Notes: generated from the letters alone by a model not told the origin. A stretch of 63,997 nt of DNA, filler included, from Octopus bimaculoides (GCF_001194135.2; 7 parts of 7 records of this genome joined end to end with filler, not necessarily neighbours in it); one strand, 5' to 3'; shown: positions 33,342-47,690, counted from the first letter of the whole stretch. Numbers and translations: made by a program.

Positions 33342-34900
33342 TATAATATAATCATTTCACATATTGTGCTTTCATGCACATATTCTAATTTACAAAATCA
33401 TTCTTTAAATGTATGCTGGAATGTTTGTGATGTTAAGTATTCTCATTCACAATTTCACAAATACTATTTCCCTAGGATAAACTGTGTATGAGTTCAATAT
33501 TATCTTTTGCAACAAACATATATCAGATTTTTCCAGAAAATTATTCAATTCATTTATAATTTCTCTTTAAACTGTATTTTGAGTTTCTTTAGTCACAAGG
33601 AAAATTCTTTTATTCACATTGCATATTTGTCTTATTTTCTTCTGAAGTCTTTATGTTTGTTGAATTTTCAGCTTTCTTAACTGTGATATTTCTTTCATTT
33701 CAGCAACACATATCTGCCAGCATGCAATCTGTGATGGCCATAGTTATTATAACAATAGCACAGTGGATAGATTCTATCTATCCATCTAAGATTATTTGCA
33801 TATACCTGAGAATAATAATGTTCATATATTCTACCTGAACCTCTGATCTATGCTTGCTATCACTTTTCTTCAGTTAGCATATTTGCTTCTTTGCATGTTC
33901 TCTAAAAGAGATTACAAGCTGCTCTGTCATGTCCATGAATATCCTTTCTTACAACCAGAATGTATTTTTAAAATATATTGTTAATATTCTGATGATGGTT
34001 ATAATGGTGGCAATGGTAATGGTAATGTTTTGACTTGTTTTTCTATCCTTCTTGTTATATGATGCAAGTAGTTTCATGTGAGATTTTTACTGCCCCACTG
34101 GGTGAAATTTTCTCTTAGCATTTTTTTTTTCTATCGTCAGTATTTTCCATAATTTGTGTAGTATCTAGTATTGCTATATTCTGTATTTTGAATCTAAGTC
34201 CTTGGATTTCTGCTAAATATTTGTGCCATCTTTTTTTAATTATTGTTAAGACACATACTATTATGAAGATTGTTTTTGTTTTCACTCCATATATTCCGGC
34301 TATATCTATTTCCAGATCTTTAGACTGGAATATTTCTCTGAGGCACATAGTATTATGAAGATTGTTTTTGTTTTCACTCCATACATTCTGGTTATCTTTA
34401 TTTCCAGATATTTATATTGGAATATTTCTCCATTGTTCTATAATAAATATTATCTGTTGGAAATGATATCTTGATTAGACTTTTCTTTTCCTGATAGTCT
34501 TTATCAACAATATTTGGACAGTGTGTAATAGTTTTTCTCTCTGAACTGGTATGTATCAAAAGATGCTGACTTTGTTATTCTCTGAAGTTCTATGCCAGCT
34601 ATTTTCAATGTGTATTCCATAATACTGACATAGTTTCCTGTGTACAAAAGAAGTTCCTTCCAATTCTGCATATCATTAATTAAGACTGGGATGCCAGAAT
34701 TAGAGAGATTAATATTTTTTCATAGTCTGCTCGTATTGTACAGTTGAATTTCATATTTTCCTTCCATGATATGCTAGGGTAATAGTTTCTGATGGGAAAG
34801 CTTTGGTCTTGTGCCACAATCAAAATCCTTCTATTTGCCCCTTTGAGTCCTGTATTCTGCAGTGAGTGCTGAGATTTTGTTTTCATACACTTAACAACAG
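29140..34900 (-). mobile_element. Cluster of at least seven R4/Dong-like (RLE) LINE fragments: about 29140-29850, 30790-31410, 31415-31625, 31740-32330, 32400-32595, 32860-33270, 34100-34900
   Basis: HMVSACENLAQKEY, LWDF.xQTD...RPD...ID..., KYKDLEIE, IIxGALG, LGTARVLCRVLET*, AINAWAMPV motifs; (TAA)n tracts lie between pieces. Confidence 0.85.
34255..34425. repeat. About 95-bp tandem duplication within an R4-like remnant
   Basis: TATTATGAAGATTGTTTTTGTTTTCACTCCAT...TTTCCAGAT...GGAATATTTCTC occurs twice. Confidence 0.8.
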
Positions 34901-35149
34901 ACAAAAATATATATACAACAGCTGTTAGTAATGCTTATCTATCTACAGAGCTTTTTAAAAGCAAACAATAAATTAGTTTAACCACACCATTTGTGATCTG
35001 GTTGATCAAGAAAAAACTGTTTCGATCAGAAATTGGTGGATTCATTAAGACAATTATAACTCTACATACAATAGAAAGAGGGTGAATTTTTGTATTTTTG
35101 TTTTAAGTATGTCCTTATTATTAGAAAACTATACCACTCTGACAAATAT

Positions 35150-35580
35150 GAATGTTTGGGGGTACATGTAGAAAATGATATTTAAGTTCTTGTTTTAGGT
35201 AATAATAAAAAGGTAGAAAACTTGGAAGGATTATTTATGACATATTTGCAGAATAAAATCTGATTGACACATGGAAAGCTTACCAGTTAATACACTAGGA
35301 CCTGTTGTGGAGTTTACACTGATAATGAGCAAAATGAGTACGACCATTAATTTAGAGCTATTTTCAGGAAATTTGGTGAGAGTAGCTGACATAGTAGAAA
35401 CTTCTTTGAATATTTGCTCTATCACTAATCACAAACTTTCAGTGGTGAAAGGAAAATGTCTCAATAATTGTCACTACTATGTCACAAGACATTGGTCAAT
35501 CGAAGACATCAAGAGGAACTGCATTTCATTGGAGACGTTAATTAGTTGGAATTTGGATAGCTGGATCAAATAATGAACCT
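35150..35580 (+). mobile_element. Possible L1/Tx1 endonuclease remnant
   Basis: NLIDTW and ...SITNHKLSV resemble APE motifs; heavily decayed. Confidence 0.35.
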
Positions 35581-35979
35581 GACAGAATCATAGATAATCT
35601 ACAAAATAAAAGTGAGTTGTATACAATGTTGGTAGGGTGGCATGTTTATTCCAGAATCTGTATCTAAAAATACATGAGTCAGTTGTAACAATGTTAACTC
35701 TCTTTTTGACAGAGATTAATGTTCTGAAGACTTGTCAATGATAATAATAAAAATGTTGGCTGTCAATTAATAGTTTCTATGAGTCATTATTTTATATCAC
35801 AATTGGTGATAAATATTGATATTGGTTACAGGTTTTCAGGAAGTTAATCTCTGGTTCGCTGCATTTCTGATAGCAAGAGATGGGAGTGTCTATAGCACAA
35901 TGTGGAGCAATTATGGCAAGTGGCTTCACAATGCCCCAGAATTTTTCTTTCACCAATACCTATATCTTTCACCAGTGTA

Positions 35980-36195
35980 CAGTGGGTGCTAAAAAGTTCC
36001 TGGTTCTAACAATATCACAAAAGGCCTAGTAGGAGGCCCAAACTTCTGAGTTCTTTTACAGGGCCTAGAAAAACTGAAGGACTGTTGTAATAAGTGTGTG
36101 AGTCTGAGAGAGGAATATGTTTAATAAGATCATAATTAACTGATCCTCCTGTATATTCTTTTACCTAAAGCCAAAAACTTTTCAGCACCCCTTCA
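35980..36195. mobile_element. Mariner-type MITE, inverted copy of 56400-56613
   Basis: TA-flanked GGGTGCT.AAAAGTTCCTGG and AAAGCCAAAAACTTTTCAGCACCCC ends; shared internal CTGATCCTCCTGTAT. Confidence 0.75.
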
Positions 36196-39100
36196 TATAT
36201 TCGTGAAAATACACAGACATATACATACACAATGGGCCTCTACTCACTATCTATGAAATTCCATTCACAAGACATTGGTCAATCTAAGACACTTATCAAC
36301 GAAGCTGTGTATTGGATTGAACTTGGAATTACTTGATTATGAAACAAACTTCTTAACCACATTGCCATGTCTAGATTGAGAGAATGAATGAAGACTAAAT
36401 GTAGTGACAGTCAGAAATTTTACAAATCCCGTACCTTGGCACACTACTCTGTTAAGCAGAGTTGATTAGTCTTCTAGGAATTTTCGAGGTGAATCAAAAA
36501 AGGTTACAATATTTAGGAGACTCAAGTGGTTTTAATGCACTGCACCAATGCATGCATATTCTATTGCAGAAAAAAATGTAATGCTTTACCCATATCTGTT
36601 TTAAAACAATTTTATAACTTGTATACAATAAAACTTTTAGAAAGCTGCTGGTGTGTTATAATCCTTTATCCAGTGAGGCATGGATCAAAGAACATTGAAA
36701 ATCACAGCTGTTATTGATCACTAATTCCTAAGTTCTTAGGTTATTTTGTTTGTTTCCTCTTCCTCTTGGTTTATAAAGCAATTAGAAGCTCCATTTTAGA
36801 TACATCAGTATATAGGTAACATAATTTTGTTTATTTAATCGATCTAGAAGTTATAAAACAAATTTGAAATGTGTACATTAGGAACCGAGTTAAAAGGGCA
36901 TTAAAGTGATGTGTGGATCTGCTTTAGTATTATTGCAGAATTCCCCACCACCAAAAAAAAAAAAAAAAGAAAAGAAAAACCCAGTTTTAACAAAATAGCC
37001 ATACATAGAGAAAGTAAATGTTTTATAGTTACTTAGCAAACAGAGCTGGGAGATATCAGATTCCTGATGACAAATCAATATTGTGTCTCACTGTAATAAG
37101 CAGTGCATAAAGCTAAGGATTGGAAGCTGTGGACTGTTTTGTAGAAACCTAGTATAGTGGATAGGGTTAGTGATAATATTGGGTTAGGGTCCAAGGTAGA
37201 CAAAAAAATTTCAATGTATTCTCACTTAATTTAAATGTAATATTATGTGTGGTTTACAAAGCTGGAGGTTGTTTTATTCACCAAGTCAGTAAGTAACTAT
37301 TTAAAATATAACCTACATTAAATCAGTTTAGAGTGACTTGACTATTTGTTTTTAAAAACAAAGCCTCCCTGGCTATTCTTTCACAGCCAGTTATTCTTCT
37401 ATGATGCCTATTGTCGATTGTCTACTGAAACATTTTCTATATATTTCATCTTTATTTGTAGCAATACTGGTAACCTTTGTTGAGACGATTTCAGAAGGCT
37501 GAAACATGTTCAGAGTTGTCCCTAACAATGATCAGATTCACTCTCCCCTACATGCCATCGTCATTTTTTAATTAATTTAATTAATCAATTTATATACTTT
37601 TTCATTAATTATCAATTATTGTTAATGTATCAAAATTAATCTTTTAACTAACTTTTGTTGTTTTTCTTCTTGCTACAGATGCAACTTTTATGAAAATTTC
37701 TTACATCAAGTGTGTTAACTCTAAAATAACTATATGTGAAATACTTGTTTGTCATGGATTTACTAACCATAAAATTTTTGTCACTATATCTAATTTTGAT
37801 GCTCTCATCCACTTAGTTATTTACTCATTTCGACATTTCAAACCTGAATCATATTTATCTCTGTTAAAACCTGTTACTTATTTTCTAAAATTACACAGCT
37901 AATGCCACCATAGTATTGTCTATGTATATTAACTGAATCACACAACCAGTCCATGCTGATGATAAAGATGATAAGAGGAATAAAAGGGAGAAGAATAATA
38001 TGCAGCATTTATATAATGCTGTTCTTATCACAGTACTCCTCTCTTCCATCAAGATGTCTATGTTTGAGGGATGCATCAGATCAGTCCATATCCACTTACC
38101 ATTACCCTTTCTGTAATGCCAACCATTTTCAGGCCACTCGTAACCATTCACTTTTATTATCAGTTCCAATCTCTACTACTATCTATCACTTGTTCTCTTT
38201 CCTACACTTACAAGCATGTAGCTGTTGCTTCCATTCTATTATAGCCTACCATCACACTCTCTTTTCCATTATGATTTCCTACTCTGTTTTTCCACTTTAT
38301 ACTCACACCTGGTACACTCTGTAAAATGGTTGGCAAATGAATGGTGACAACACAGTGTCAAGAGGACTCTTTTAATTTGGTCATAGATATGACAACCTCT
38401 CAAGTGAGGGTATCAGTATAAATACACATAGTATACTCTGGAAAGTGGTTGGCATTAGGAAGGCCATCTAGGCATGAACAGAATGTACAAGCAAGATGTG
38501 GTTCTCTAATCCAGCTAGAAGTGCAGTAATCTAAAACAGAAACTAGTGTAAGTTGTGATAATTTAACTCATGCCAGATTGGAAAATAGACATATAATGAT
38601 AATGATGATGACGATGGTGGTGGTAGTGGTTGTGAGAATAAATCAGTGCCCAAACTAGCTAGAATTTAAGTAAAAAACAAAAAAAAAACGCAAAAGTGTT
38701 AAGTTCTAGCATTAATTCTCATGGCAACTGAATAACATAGTTTATTTCCTGTTTGGGTATTTCCAAAGATGGTGTGATAGAAATGAATGACTGTTTCAAG
38801 ATCATTATTTACATCATTAATATAAGTGAGAATACGATATTCTATCATTTACTGATGCTGTTTTCTGTTATTTGGAGTATGTTCCTTAAACACTGATAAT
38901 TAACGACATTAATGCATTGGCAGAATATTTCAGTTAAAGTGTGTGTTTTCATAATTTATGAAAATATTCAGACATTAGGACACAAAATATCATACATGAA
39001 GCTGCATTATCTTTGATTTCACAGGTATCATTTTATTGATGTACATTTTAAACTTTATCTATCCCTCTCTCTCTATATGTCTCTACATTTAGGTTAATAA

Positions 39101-39239
39101 TCTTCCTATTATTTATATCTCAATCTCTGCCATTGTTTTTCCCATTTATTTCTCTCTTAGTCAGACACTCAAATAGAGAGTATTTGTTTATAAAATTGAC
39201 TGGCTACTTGCAAATCAAATCAAGTGGCTACTTATCTAT

Positions 39240-39540
39240 CAGATCGATTGGCTACCCAGCTATCAGATTGACTGGCAACCTGTGGACCAAACTGATTGGC
39301 CACCAGTCCACATGATTGAATGGCCACATGCTGACCAGATCAAATGGCCACCTGTTGACCAGTGACTGGCCATCTGTTGACCAGTGACTGGCCATCTGTT
39401 GACCAGTGAATAGCCACCTGTTGACCAGAGTGACTGGCAACCAGTTAACTAGAGTGATGGCCTACCTGTTGACCAAATCAACTAGCTACTTGTATATGAA
39501 ACTATCTGGCCATCTGCCTTTCAGACTATCTGGCTATATG
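39240..39540. repeat. Degenerate 22-bp minisatellite (GTGACTGGCCATCTGTTGACCA core)
   Basis: A few near-perfect units at about 39345-39425 grade into diverged units on both sides. Confidence 0.8.
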
Positions 39541-40265
39541 TTTATCAGTTTATCTGACTATCTGATTTTCTGCTTCTTGTAGCCCCTCTATCATACCCTA
39601 CAGATGCCATTTACAGAAATCATTAAAATTATCCACTTATATTTCTATATAGTAAGATAATTTTATGTGTAGCCTGTAAAAGGAGTGCAAATATTGACTT
39701 TGGAGCCATTTAACGAAGCAAAAGACTAAGGGGAAAATAAACAATTTCTGGCGCTAGTTTGTGACGCCATTATCAAATGTATCATGGGAAAAAATTCTCT
39801 TAGAAGGTTGTGGTATTATATCTTATCCAATTGTTTTCTTTCCCAAATTCTCTTGTGTTTCTAGAATCCTTTTTCTAATGATAAACATCTAATTTTAAGA
39901 GACTTCATTTTTATCTTCTTTTAGTAAGTTATTCCTTTTGTAATTTCATATTTGTGTGTAGATTAGGAAGTGTGTGTGTATGTGTGCATTTGTCTGTGTG
40001 TCACTTGTGCATATAGAAAAATAGAGAATAATTCAGAAGTATTGTTAAGTTGCTCTAGTGCAGAGTATAAATTCCTAGCTAGCTATGATCAAAATGTGGT
40101 TTTGATTCCCATATTACCTATTTGCCTATCTATCTGAATCCCCTGTGAAAGGCAGACTATTTTAAACACTCAATTCTTATCCAAAATACATATGGAGATT
40201 TTTTTTCTTTATCAATGAGAAATTAATTCGGTGACCCAAGAAAGACCAAAATAGTAAGACAGTTG

Positions 40266-40296
<31 letters not shown>

Positions 40297-41424
40297 CATA
40301 TTGGACTAAAATATCCACGATACAGTTTTATTTGTATGTTGGGATTTCTTTACTAACATGAAATTATTGGTCTGAAAAACCATGTACTTCTCACTTCACA
40401 TTTAATATCTATATCTTCATAAATGATTCTTTCCACAGTCTTACCAAAAGTATCTTTTGGATACTAAAAGATATTTCATTTTTTTATAGATATGGATTTG
40501 TTGAAATGCCATAGAGTTCCTTTGAAATTTGATTCCTCCAGGGTTAATCCTTGCAATGTTTGGTGAATTCTTTGTAAGGAAGTTGAAGGAAAAAAATTAT
40601 TGATGTGTTCTGCTAAGTAGGTGGTATAATATGTGCTGGAAGTAGAGGTATCATAAGCATAATGCTAAGGGCTCTGGGGCATGAGAAAAGGTTCAGACAA
40701 ATGCTATCTTTATTGGAAATCTATTTGAGAGGGTACGTAACAAGTGTGATATTGTATGGTGAGAAGGAATGAGAGTTGAATATATCACATGGAATATGCT
40801 GTATTTACTTGAGAGAACATTCGAGTGCAAAAAGATTGGGAAAGTAAACTGCATTTCAAAATCATTGGCCTGTGTACTTAGGTGAGACATCTAAAGGAAA
40901 TTGAAACAAGATGTTGAGTGATACTTTGCAATGAACAGAAAATAATTAGGCAAGATATGAGAATAGTAAACCTTAAAGATGAACCAAGACTGAGAAGGAA
41001 GAATCATGCAGGGTCACTTGATTCGTGCACTTTTTAATGAGGAACGATGCCTAAAATTGATTGCATGGACTCAAACACTGGTTGGAGGAAAGGTGAAAGG
41101 AATTCTCAAACAAGAGATGTAACCTAAATGCTCTGCTTAAATAAATGTTAAAGCAGTTCTTATGAAGATGATTATAGCTGTACATTCTATTCCTGTTCTT
41201 TTTTTTTCTTTTCTGAGTCTGGACACTCATCACTGTGATGATGAGTATGGAAATACACTCTCAGCAATCCTCTATTCATATTTCTTAAATGTCAAGGTGT
41301 TATTCAGGCACTTAACTATGAAAAAACTGCATCCTGTAGCAGAAACATCTAAACTAGTGAAGTTCTTAAGATAATCTTTTATGCCTTTGCCATCTCACAT
41401 TTAATTCTAATTTATATATATGTA

Positions 41425-41700
41425 TATTGCCAGCGCTGTCTGAGTGGTTCCCGTGCAGGGGACATGTAAAAAGCAACATTCAAGCATGGCCGATGCCAGT
41501 ACCACATGACTGGCCCTCGTGCCAGTGGTAAGGAAAAACCACCTACTACATTCTTGGAGTGGTTGGCGTTAGGAAGGACATCCAGCTGTAGAAATATTTC
41601 CAGATCGAACTGGAGCATGGTGGAGCCTTCTGGCTCACCAGCCCTCAGTCAAAAGGTCTAACCCCCATGCCAGTATGGAAAGCGGATGTTAAACAATGAC
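41425..41700 (+). mobile_element. Repeat family D copy
   Basis: GAGTGGTTGGCGTTAGGAAGGACATCCAGCTGTAGAAA...GGAAAGCGGATGTTAAAC. Confidence 0.8.
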
Positions 41701-41719
41701 GAAAATATATATATATATT

Positions 41720-41945
41720 ATCGCTCAGACGTAGATGCACTCTGCACCGCCAGCAGATTGCATACCCAGAATACCGAATGATACCTTTTAGTGATCATAT
41801 TGAGAAATGCGCAAAACAAATGCTACCACAATTTATAATCTTTCCTTTTTATCAATGTGCCATTAAAACACCAACACAGATTAGATTAAATAAGGAAACC
41901 TTTTTCATTCAAAAATACAAACCCAAACTTAACCATTGCTAACAC
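41720..41945 (+). mobile_element. Penelope-like element GIY-YIG endonuclease C-terminal fragment
   Basis: LRRRCTLHRQQI...SDHIEKCA...FIIFPFYQ...RLNKETFFIQKYKPKLN*. Confidence 0.75.
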
Positions 41946-43512
41946 ATCTAAATAAGGAAATTCATCACCCCACTGAGAAAAAAGGGAAAAAAATATAGAA
42001 CAAAACCATGGTAAATTAATCAAATTCTACCACCTCCTAGATTTCGATTATCTCCCCTATACCGGAAGAAATCCCTAATTACCTCCCCCTATCTAGAACT
42101 CTTCTTTTTCAGACTGGAGCGAACACGTTACAATGAAGTAGAGAAATTTGAAAAGACAACACGAAACCGGTTATTTCTCAAAATACAATGTTTATATACC
42201 AAAAAGATTTTATAACATTTTTCTGACATAATTTAAATATATACTTTAACCATGTAACACAAGCCTTCTGTAGTTTTTTCACTCTTATTATCTTTTATAC
42301 ATCCAACCACGTTCTTTCACATACCAACTTTCTCACCTATATATATATATATATATATATATTGACGATCTGGTTTTCATAAGTAATATAATAAATTAAA
42401 ATACATGATTACTCCCCTTCGTACATCTCTCTCAAATCTAGTTTTAAATTATTCTATACTTATATTTTAAGATATTCTCTTTCTACCTGTACATAACTTC
42501 TGTATTCTGTCTAATATTGAATTCTGCTTTTATTAATATACCTTTATGTCATGAAATAATATACAGGGATGCACGTTATTTCTGACGGATAATTCTGTAT
42601 TTAAATACGCACTTAAATATGTATTTATTACAAATCCATTTCTTCACGTAATTTAATCTTTTATTACTATATAATAATATGTATTGCCATTTACTTAGGT
42701 TAATTACTGTAATTACTTTGATACACTATTATAAGTTACCCATATTAATTCACATTATAAGCAACTTTATTGCTACATGTTATTTACGAGGATTCAAACG
42801 TAAACATTAAGTCTAAATGCAAATTCAATGATTATTTCCATTTTTCTTTCCACTTACATACGTGATTTATCAAACACTTAATTTATCATTATTTAGGGAT
42901 GATTTTTTTGTGGTTTATTATGGCTTCTATTTTATTTAAACTCCAATTGTAGCATTCATCACTTTCTTCCTAATACTACATCCTGTAACCTAGCATTCTA
43001 ACATCTAACGGTTTTTTAAAAACTTATCTATGTAGCGTTCTTCCAAATGCGTAATCTTCACATTCGGTAAAATTCTTGCGTTCAAAGGATGATTCCCTGA
43101 AGAGAAAATTACATTTATAAAAACATCTTTTATTCCTTTGGAATAGAGTGCATGTAATTTTCGAAACATTTGTCGAAATTAAAGGAACTTTTTTATTATA
43201 TGCGTTTTGCTCCATTCTTTATTATATCAACTCAAAATACATCATTTTAACATGGAATTTCTACCTCTTAACTAGATATAACATCCCAGTTTCTCTGTGA
43301 ATTTTGCTACCCTGGTAACTATTAACATATTTACCTTATCGAAGTTTTTCAACTAAGATAATATAAATACATAAATAAATAAATAATATATATATATATA
43401 TATATATANNNNNNNNNNNNNNNNNNNNNNNNNNNNNNNNNNNNNNNNNNNNTTAATTAATTAANNNNNNNNNNNNNNNNNNNNNNNNNNNNNNNNNNNN
43501 NNNNNNNNATAT

Positions 43513-43543
<31 letters not shown>

Positions 43544-43562
43544 CATGTATATACATACATAC

Positions 43563-43637
<75 letters not shown>

Positions 43638-44129
43638 GTAATGATAATAATAATAATAATATAGATTTAATCAAACGATTAAATGTGGTGCTTAAAATGT
43701 TTGAGGCACCAGAATTTGGTAAGGTAAAAATCAAAAACAAAATCAAGAGATTTGGTGAATAAAATTTGAAGAAAAGCAACAAAAATGCATTAGGTTATAG
43801 CAGTGCGTACGTTTCGTACAAACTTCATTAATTTATGTAGTGAGAACACCACATAAGATATGCAATGAAAATGTACTCCTCAGCTGCATAATGGGAGTTC
43901 ATTTCAGGAAGTCATTTTATAGATGTGTACAAATACAAAAGTAGGAGATGAAGAAAATACCATCTTGACTGGGCTGTTAATCAACAGTCTAGACTGTTTT
44001 CATCTGTGCTCCTTTTCTGAGGAGATAAATATTTATGAACTGTTTTTCTGTTAAAGAAAAATAAATTTTTTTTTTTAACTGTTTTCCCGTTAAGGAAAAA
44101 ATAATTTTTGTCACAAGACTTCTTTTTGT

Positions 44130-46830
44130 GTGTAAACAATGGAAGACGACATGGTGTCACACCTCGAATGTTTGCTGTGCAACGTGGACATCCCGCTTTT
44201 GCAGGAATAAAATAACCAGATAGAACAGGTTAATCAAGTCAACCAAGAAGGATATAAGGACGAGGAAAAGGTAAACAGTTTTTCTGCCGCCGTTGGCGGA
44301 CAATTCCGAGATATTGAAGTTTCGAAAGAACATTTATTCAAATATAGGAATTTAATTAAAAGAACTGGCAATGAAACAAGGCTAATTCCACCAAAGGAAA
44401 TAATACAAGATCTAGCCGTGAGAACTGTGATATATAAAATATATAACAGAAAAGAGAAAAGAATTATGATGAAGACTGACATAGTTGAAAAGTGTCTCGC
44501 CCCCATTTGGGAAAAAATAAAATACGTAAGAAAAGGTCTTCGCAACGCTACAATAGAGGTGCAATTTGAAAGCGCCGACGTTGCCAAAGAAATTTCTACA
44601 CACACGTTGAAAGCAGATGAAATTATGTTATTACCCGCGTACCTCGGCCGGAGAACCGCAAAAATTATAATAGAGGAAATTCCGGCCGAGTATGATGTGT
44701 ACTGGATGGCAGCAGCTTTAATCTACGATGCGGAGGAAGACATTAATATTCTCTCCATGAAAAAAAGCGAGGCACTCAATTGGAAGGAGTAGACCCTGGA
44801 ATTATTAGTTCAAGCCTCTAATGAGACCCTGGAATCCAGAGCAGACAGGATTTTTATTAGGGAGGGACTCAGTGCAAGAGTGTCTGTGGAGGGACGGTGG
44901 CCCAGATACTTTAAATGTGGTGAGAAGGGTCACGTCCGCTCCGAATGCGAGAAACTTTAAAAAACGACACAGAAGAAAACAGAATTCCCTCCCCAACAGG
45001 AGAAAGACTCGCAGGAGAAAGCCCAACAGAAAAAAGAAACAGCTAAAACCGGGATAAGTCAAGAGAGAGAAAAACCACAAGAAAATATAATAGAAAAAGA
45101 AAAAGGAAACGTAACAACAGAAGAAGGAATGGACTTTACGGTAGCGACTCCTAAAAGGAAAAAAACCCATTGGCCCTGACTCCCCTCCCCTTACAAAAAA
45201 ACGAAAAGAAACGTTGCAAAACACAAAAAAAAAATACCTCGTCCATTTCCAAATCGAAACTCACCCCTAACCCTCCGCATAAACACAGACATGAAAAAAG
45301 TGTCTCGTATAACTCAAAAAATGAAGTGTTGCACGACCACATAACAAGAAAGAAATATACTGTTTTAGGACCTATTGAAGGTAAACCGCCACAGGTGCGG
45401 CTAGAATCGATAATGAACATTATGAACAGTTCAAACAACGTTATGTGGATGACATTTTTGACGTGAGTCAGTATATTGTCAAAGAAAAAATTGTTTTGGC
45501 ACCAACAGCTACACCAGATAGAGAAGAAATAGGAGGAGGGGACGACGCAAGTCGTGAAGCCCCTTCTCAAGCTTAAAAGGTAAACATCACAACTTTTTAT
45601 TATGATGATTAAGTTATGGTGTGTAAATGTGCGTGACCTGGGTCGAAATGGAAGCAGACATGCCTCCTGGACGACCTCAGGTCACGAAAGATAGATATGT
45701 GTTGTGACTGAGTCCAAGTTGAACGGCCCACAGTCGTTCTCGCCTCTTCTGAACGACAACGAGAAATTTATTTCTCTGAGTCAAGGAAGGGGTGGGGTCG
45801 TTGTAGTGCTGTTCAAAAAAGGCTTGCACGTACAGGTAAGTACAGTCTTTCTAGACCCAGAAGGTAGGCTGGTCGTTCTAGATGTGACACACGTGAGTAA
45901 GCAGTCCTTCAGGCTGGTGGCAGTCTATGCTCCAAAAGAGGATAGACAAACGGTTTTCTTTCGTGACTTGGAGAATTTCCAAGTGACGAAAGAAAACTTT
46001 AGTTTTAACAGGAGACTTCAACACTATTCTCGATGCGCGATTGGATAGTGGTGGCTCGGCTAACAGAAGAGAAAGCTCTGGCCTAAAAAAGGCTACTAGC
46101 GAGCTATAAACTAGTAGACTGCTACAGACTGGATGAACCGCTCGTTTCACAGTGGACGTGGTCTAATAACGACGGTTCACTCAGGTCTTACTTAGATAGG
46201 GTTATTATAAAAGATAGTGATAGAGATATAGTTAGCTGTCTGCAATTTCATTGTACCTCTTACATGGATCATAAATTTGTGACGTGTGAACTACAGTTAG
46301 CTAAGTGTCATAGACAGGGGCCCGGGTACTGGAAGATGAACAAGTCTATTTTGACTAGTAAAGTCTTCCGTACCCGAGTTAGGGAGTTAGTTCAGAGGGC
46401 ATTTATGCGGAGCCATCGTGAACAACAGATGGCGGTGCGCCCTCAAACGAGCCATTCGTTTAGAGTCTCTTAGATTTAGCTAAGAGCTAAATTTAGAGGG
46501 GTCTAGAATAGAAGGGCAATTAACTAAGGAATTAGAGGAGGCCATAGCATCAGGCTCTGCATCCAGAGTGTTGGCGGCGAGAATGGTATTATTCCGTCAC
46601 CTTCAAGCCAAACACGAAGGCTGTAGAGTCAGGGTTAAGTTATGCGCGGTGGGCAGAGAAGGTATTAACGTTGCTGGATGGGCCCGTCGTGTAGAGAGTC
46701 GGAGGGGCAGAGAAGCCTCTGTACAGTCTTTAATTGACAAACAGGAGCGCTTGATCGAAGGACAGGGGGAGATGCAGAAGACCTTTCATCAGCATTTCGC
46801 ACAGTTGTTTGGGACGAGCGAGGCATTGGA
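44130..46830 (+). mobile_element. Tx1-clade LINE: ORF1 (gag-like) plus ORF2 endonuclease, 3'-truncated and decayed
   Basis: Zinc knuckle (Y)FKCGEKGHVRSEC at 44901-44948; APE motifs VNVR, TESKL, GRLVVLDV, AVYAP, LTGDFN, SYLDRVII, MDHKFV, GPGYWKMN. Confidence 0.9.
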
Positions 46831-47690
46831 CCATCGCTATCCAACGTAATTCCATCCAACACTACCGTGGCAAGCCAGGACTCACTACCACTACTACATT
46901 GGGAGCACCTTGTTTGGCACCACTATATGACCTGATTTCACCCAGCCCTACTGTTGCAAGTCAAGTTTCACTGCCGCTACAGCAACAACAGTCTGCTACT
47001 GTTACTACAATAGGACCACTGACCAATGATCCTACCAATATAGAAAAACCTCTACTATGCCCACGTCAAAAACCTTGTTGTTACCATTCTCAAAGTAATT
47101 GTAGATTTGGCCCCAGCGGCACCAACAACAAGGGATGCTGTGCTTTTTTCCATCCTACCTTATGCCGTAGACTTGTTAAGGGCACCGGTCCATATGGTAT
47201 AACGGGAAAAAACTGCCCTCACCTCCACCCCCTTACTGTCCTAAATACAGAGTCCATGGCCTTGATCCTAAATATGGATGCACAAAAGGCAATGGATGCA
47301 CCTTCTTCCATCCTAAACTGTGCCAAACTTCTGTGTCACTAAGCATGTGCTTGAACCCAGAATGCACCACCACCATCTGAAGGGCACAAAACGATAGAAA
47401 AATAAATATAAACAGCAGCAGAGCAACGACAAAAACCAAGTGCAACCACATTTCACCGAATACAACCAAACAACGAAGACAGAACAATGGAAAAATCATA
47501 ACACTAAATAGCATAAACATGAACCATGTATCATCTGACCAAGTGGCAAATCAAAGAGGCAACTCTTTTTTAACTAATTTATCTAGAAAATATGAAGGCC
47601 GACCTAAGCCAGGAGATCAAATGAGTTATCTGCAATCATTTATGCAAAACACAAGGAACTGTTGAGGAAAAGAAATTGTGTCTTAGTGTA
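46830..47690 (+). mobile_element. LINE ORF1 fragment with tandem CCCH-type zinc fingers (CR1-like)
   Basis: CCYHSQSNCRFG..GCCAFFHPTLC and YCPKY..GCTKGNGCTFFHPKLC..CLNPECTTTHLKGTK across a frameshift. Confidence 0.6.

Noticed and set aside
37891-38169. 92-aa minus-strand ORF with a Trp/Gly-rich stretch (GYEWPENGWHYRKGNGKWIW)
   Set aside because: No recognisable family or splice signals; could be a decayed repeat; unsupported without a search.
41315-41360. Hammerhead-like remnants (CTATGA..CTGC/GCAG..AAAC; also about 37480-37520 and 43805-43830 minus)
   Set aside because: The core CUGANGA box is broken or the stems cannot be formed; too degenerate to call.
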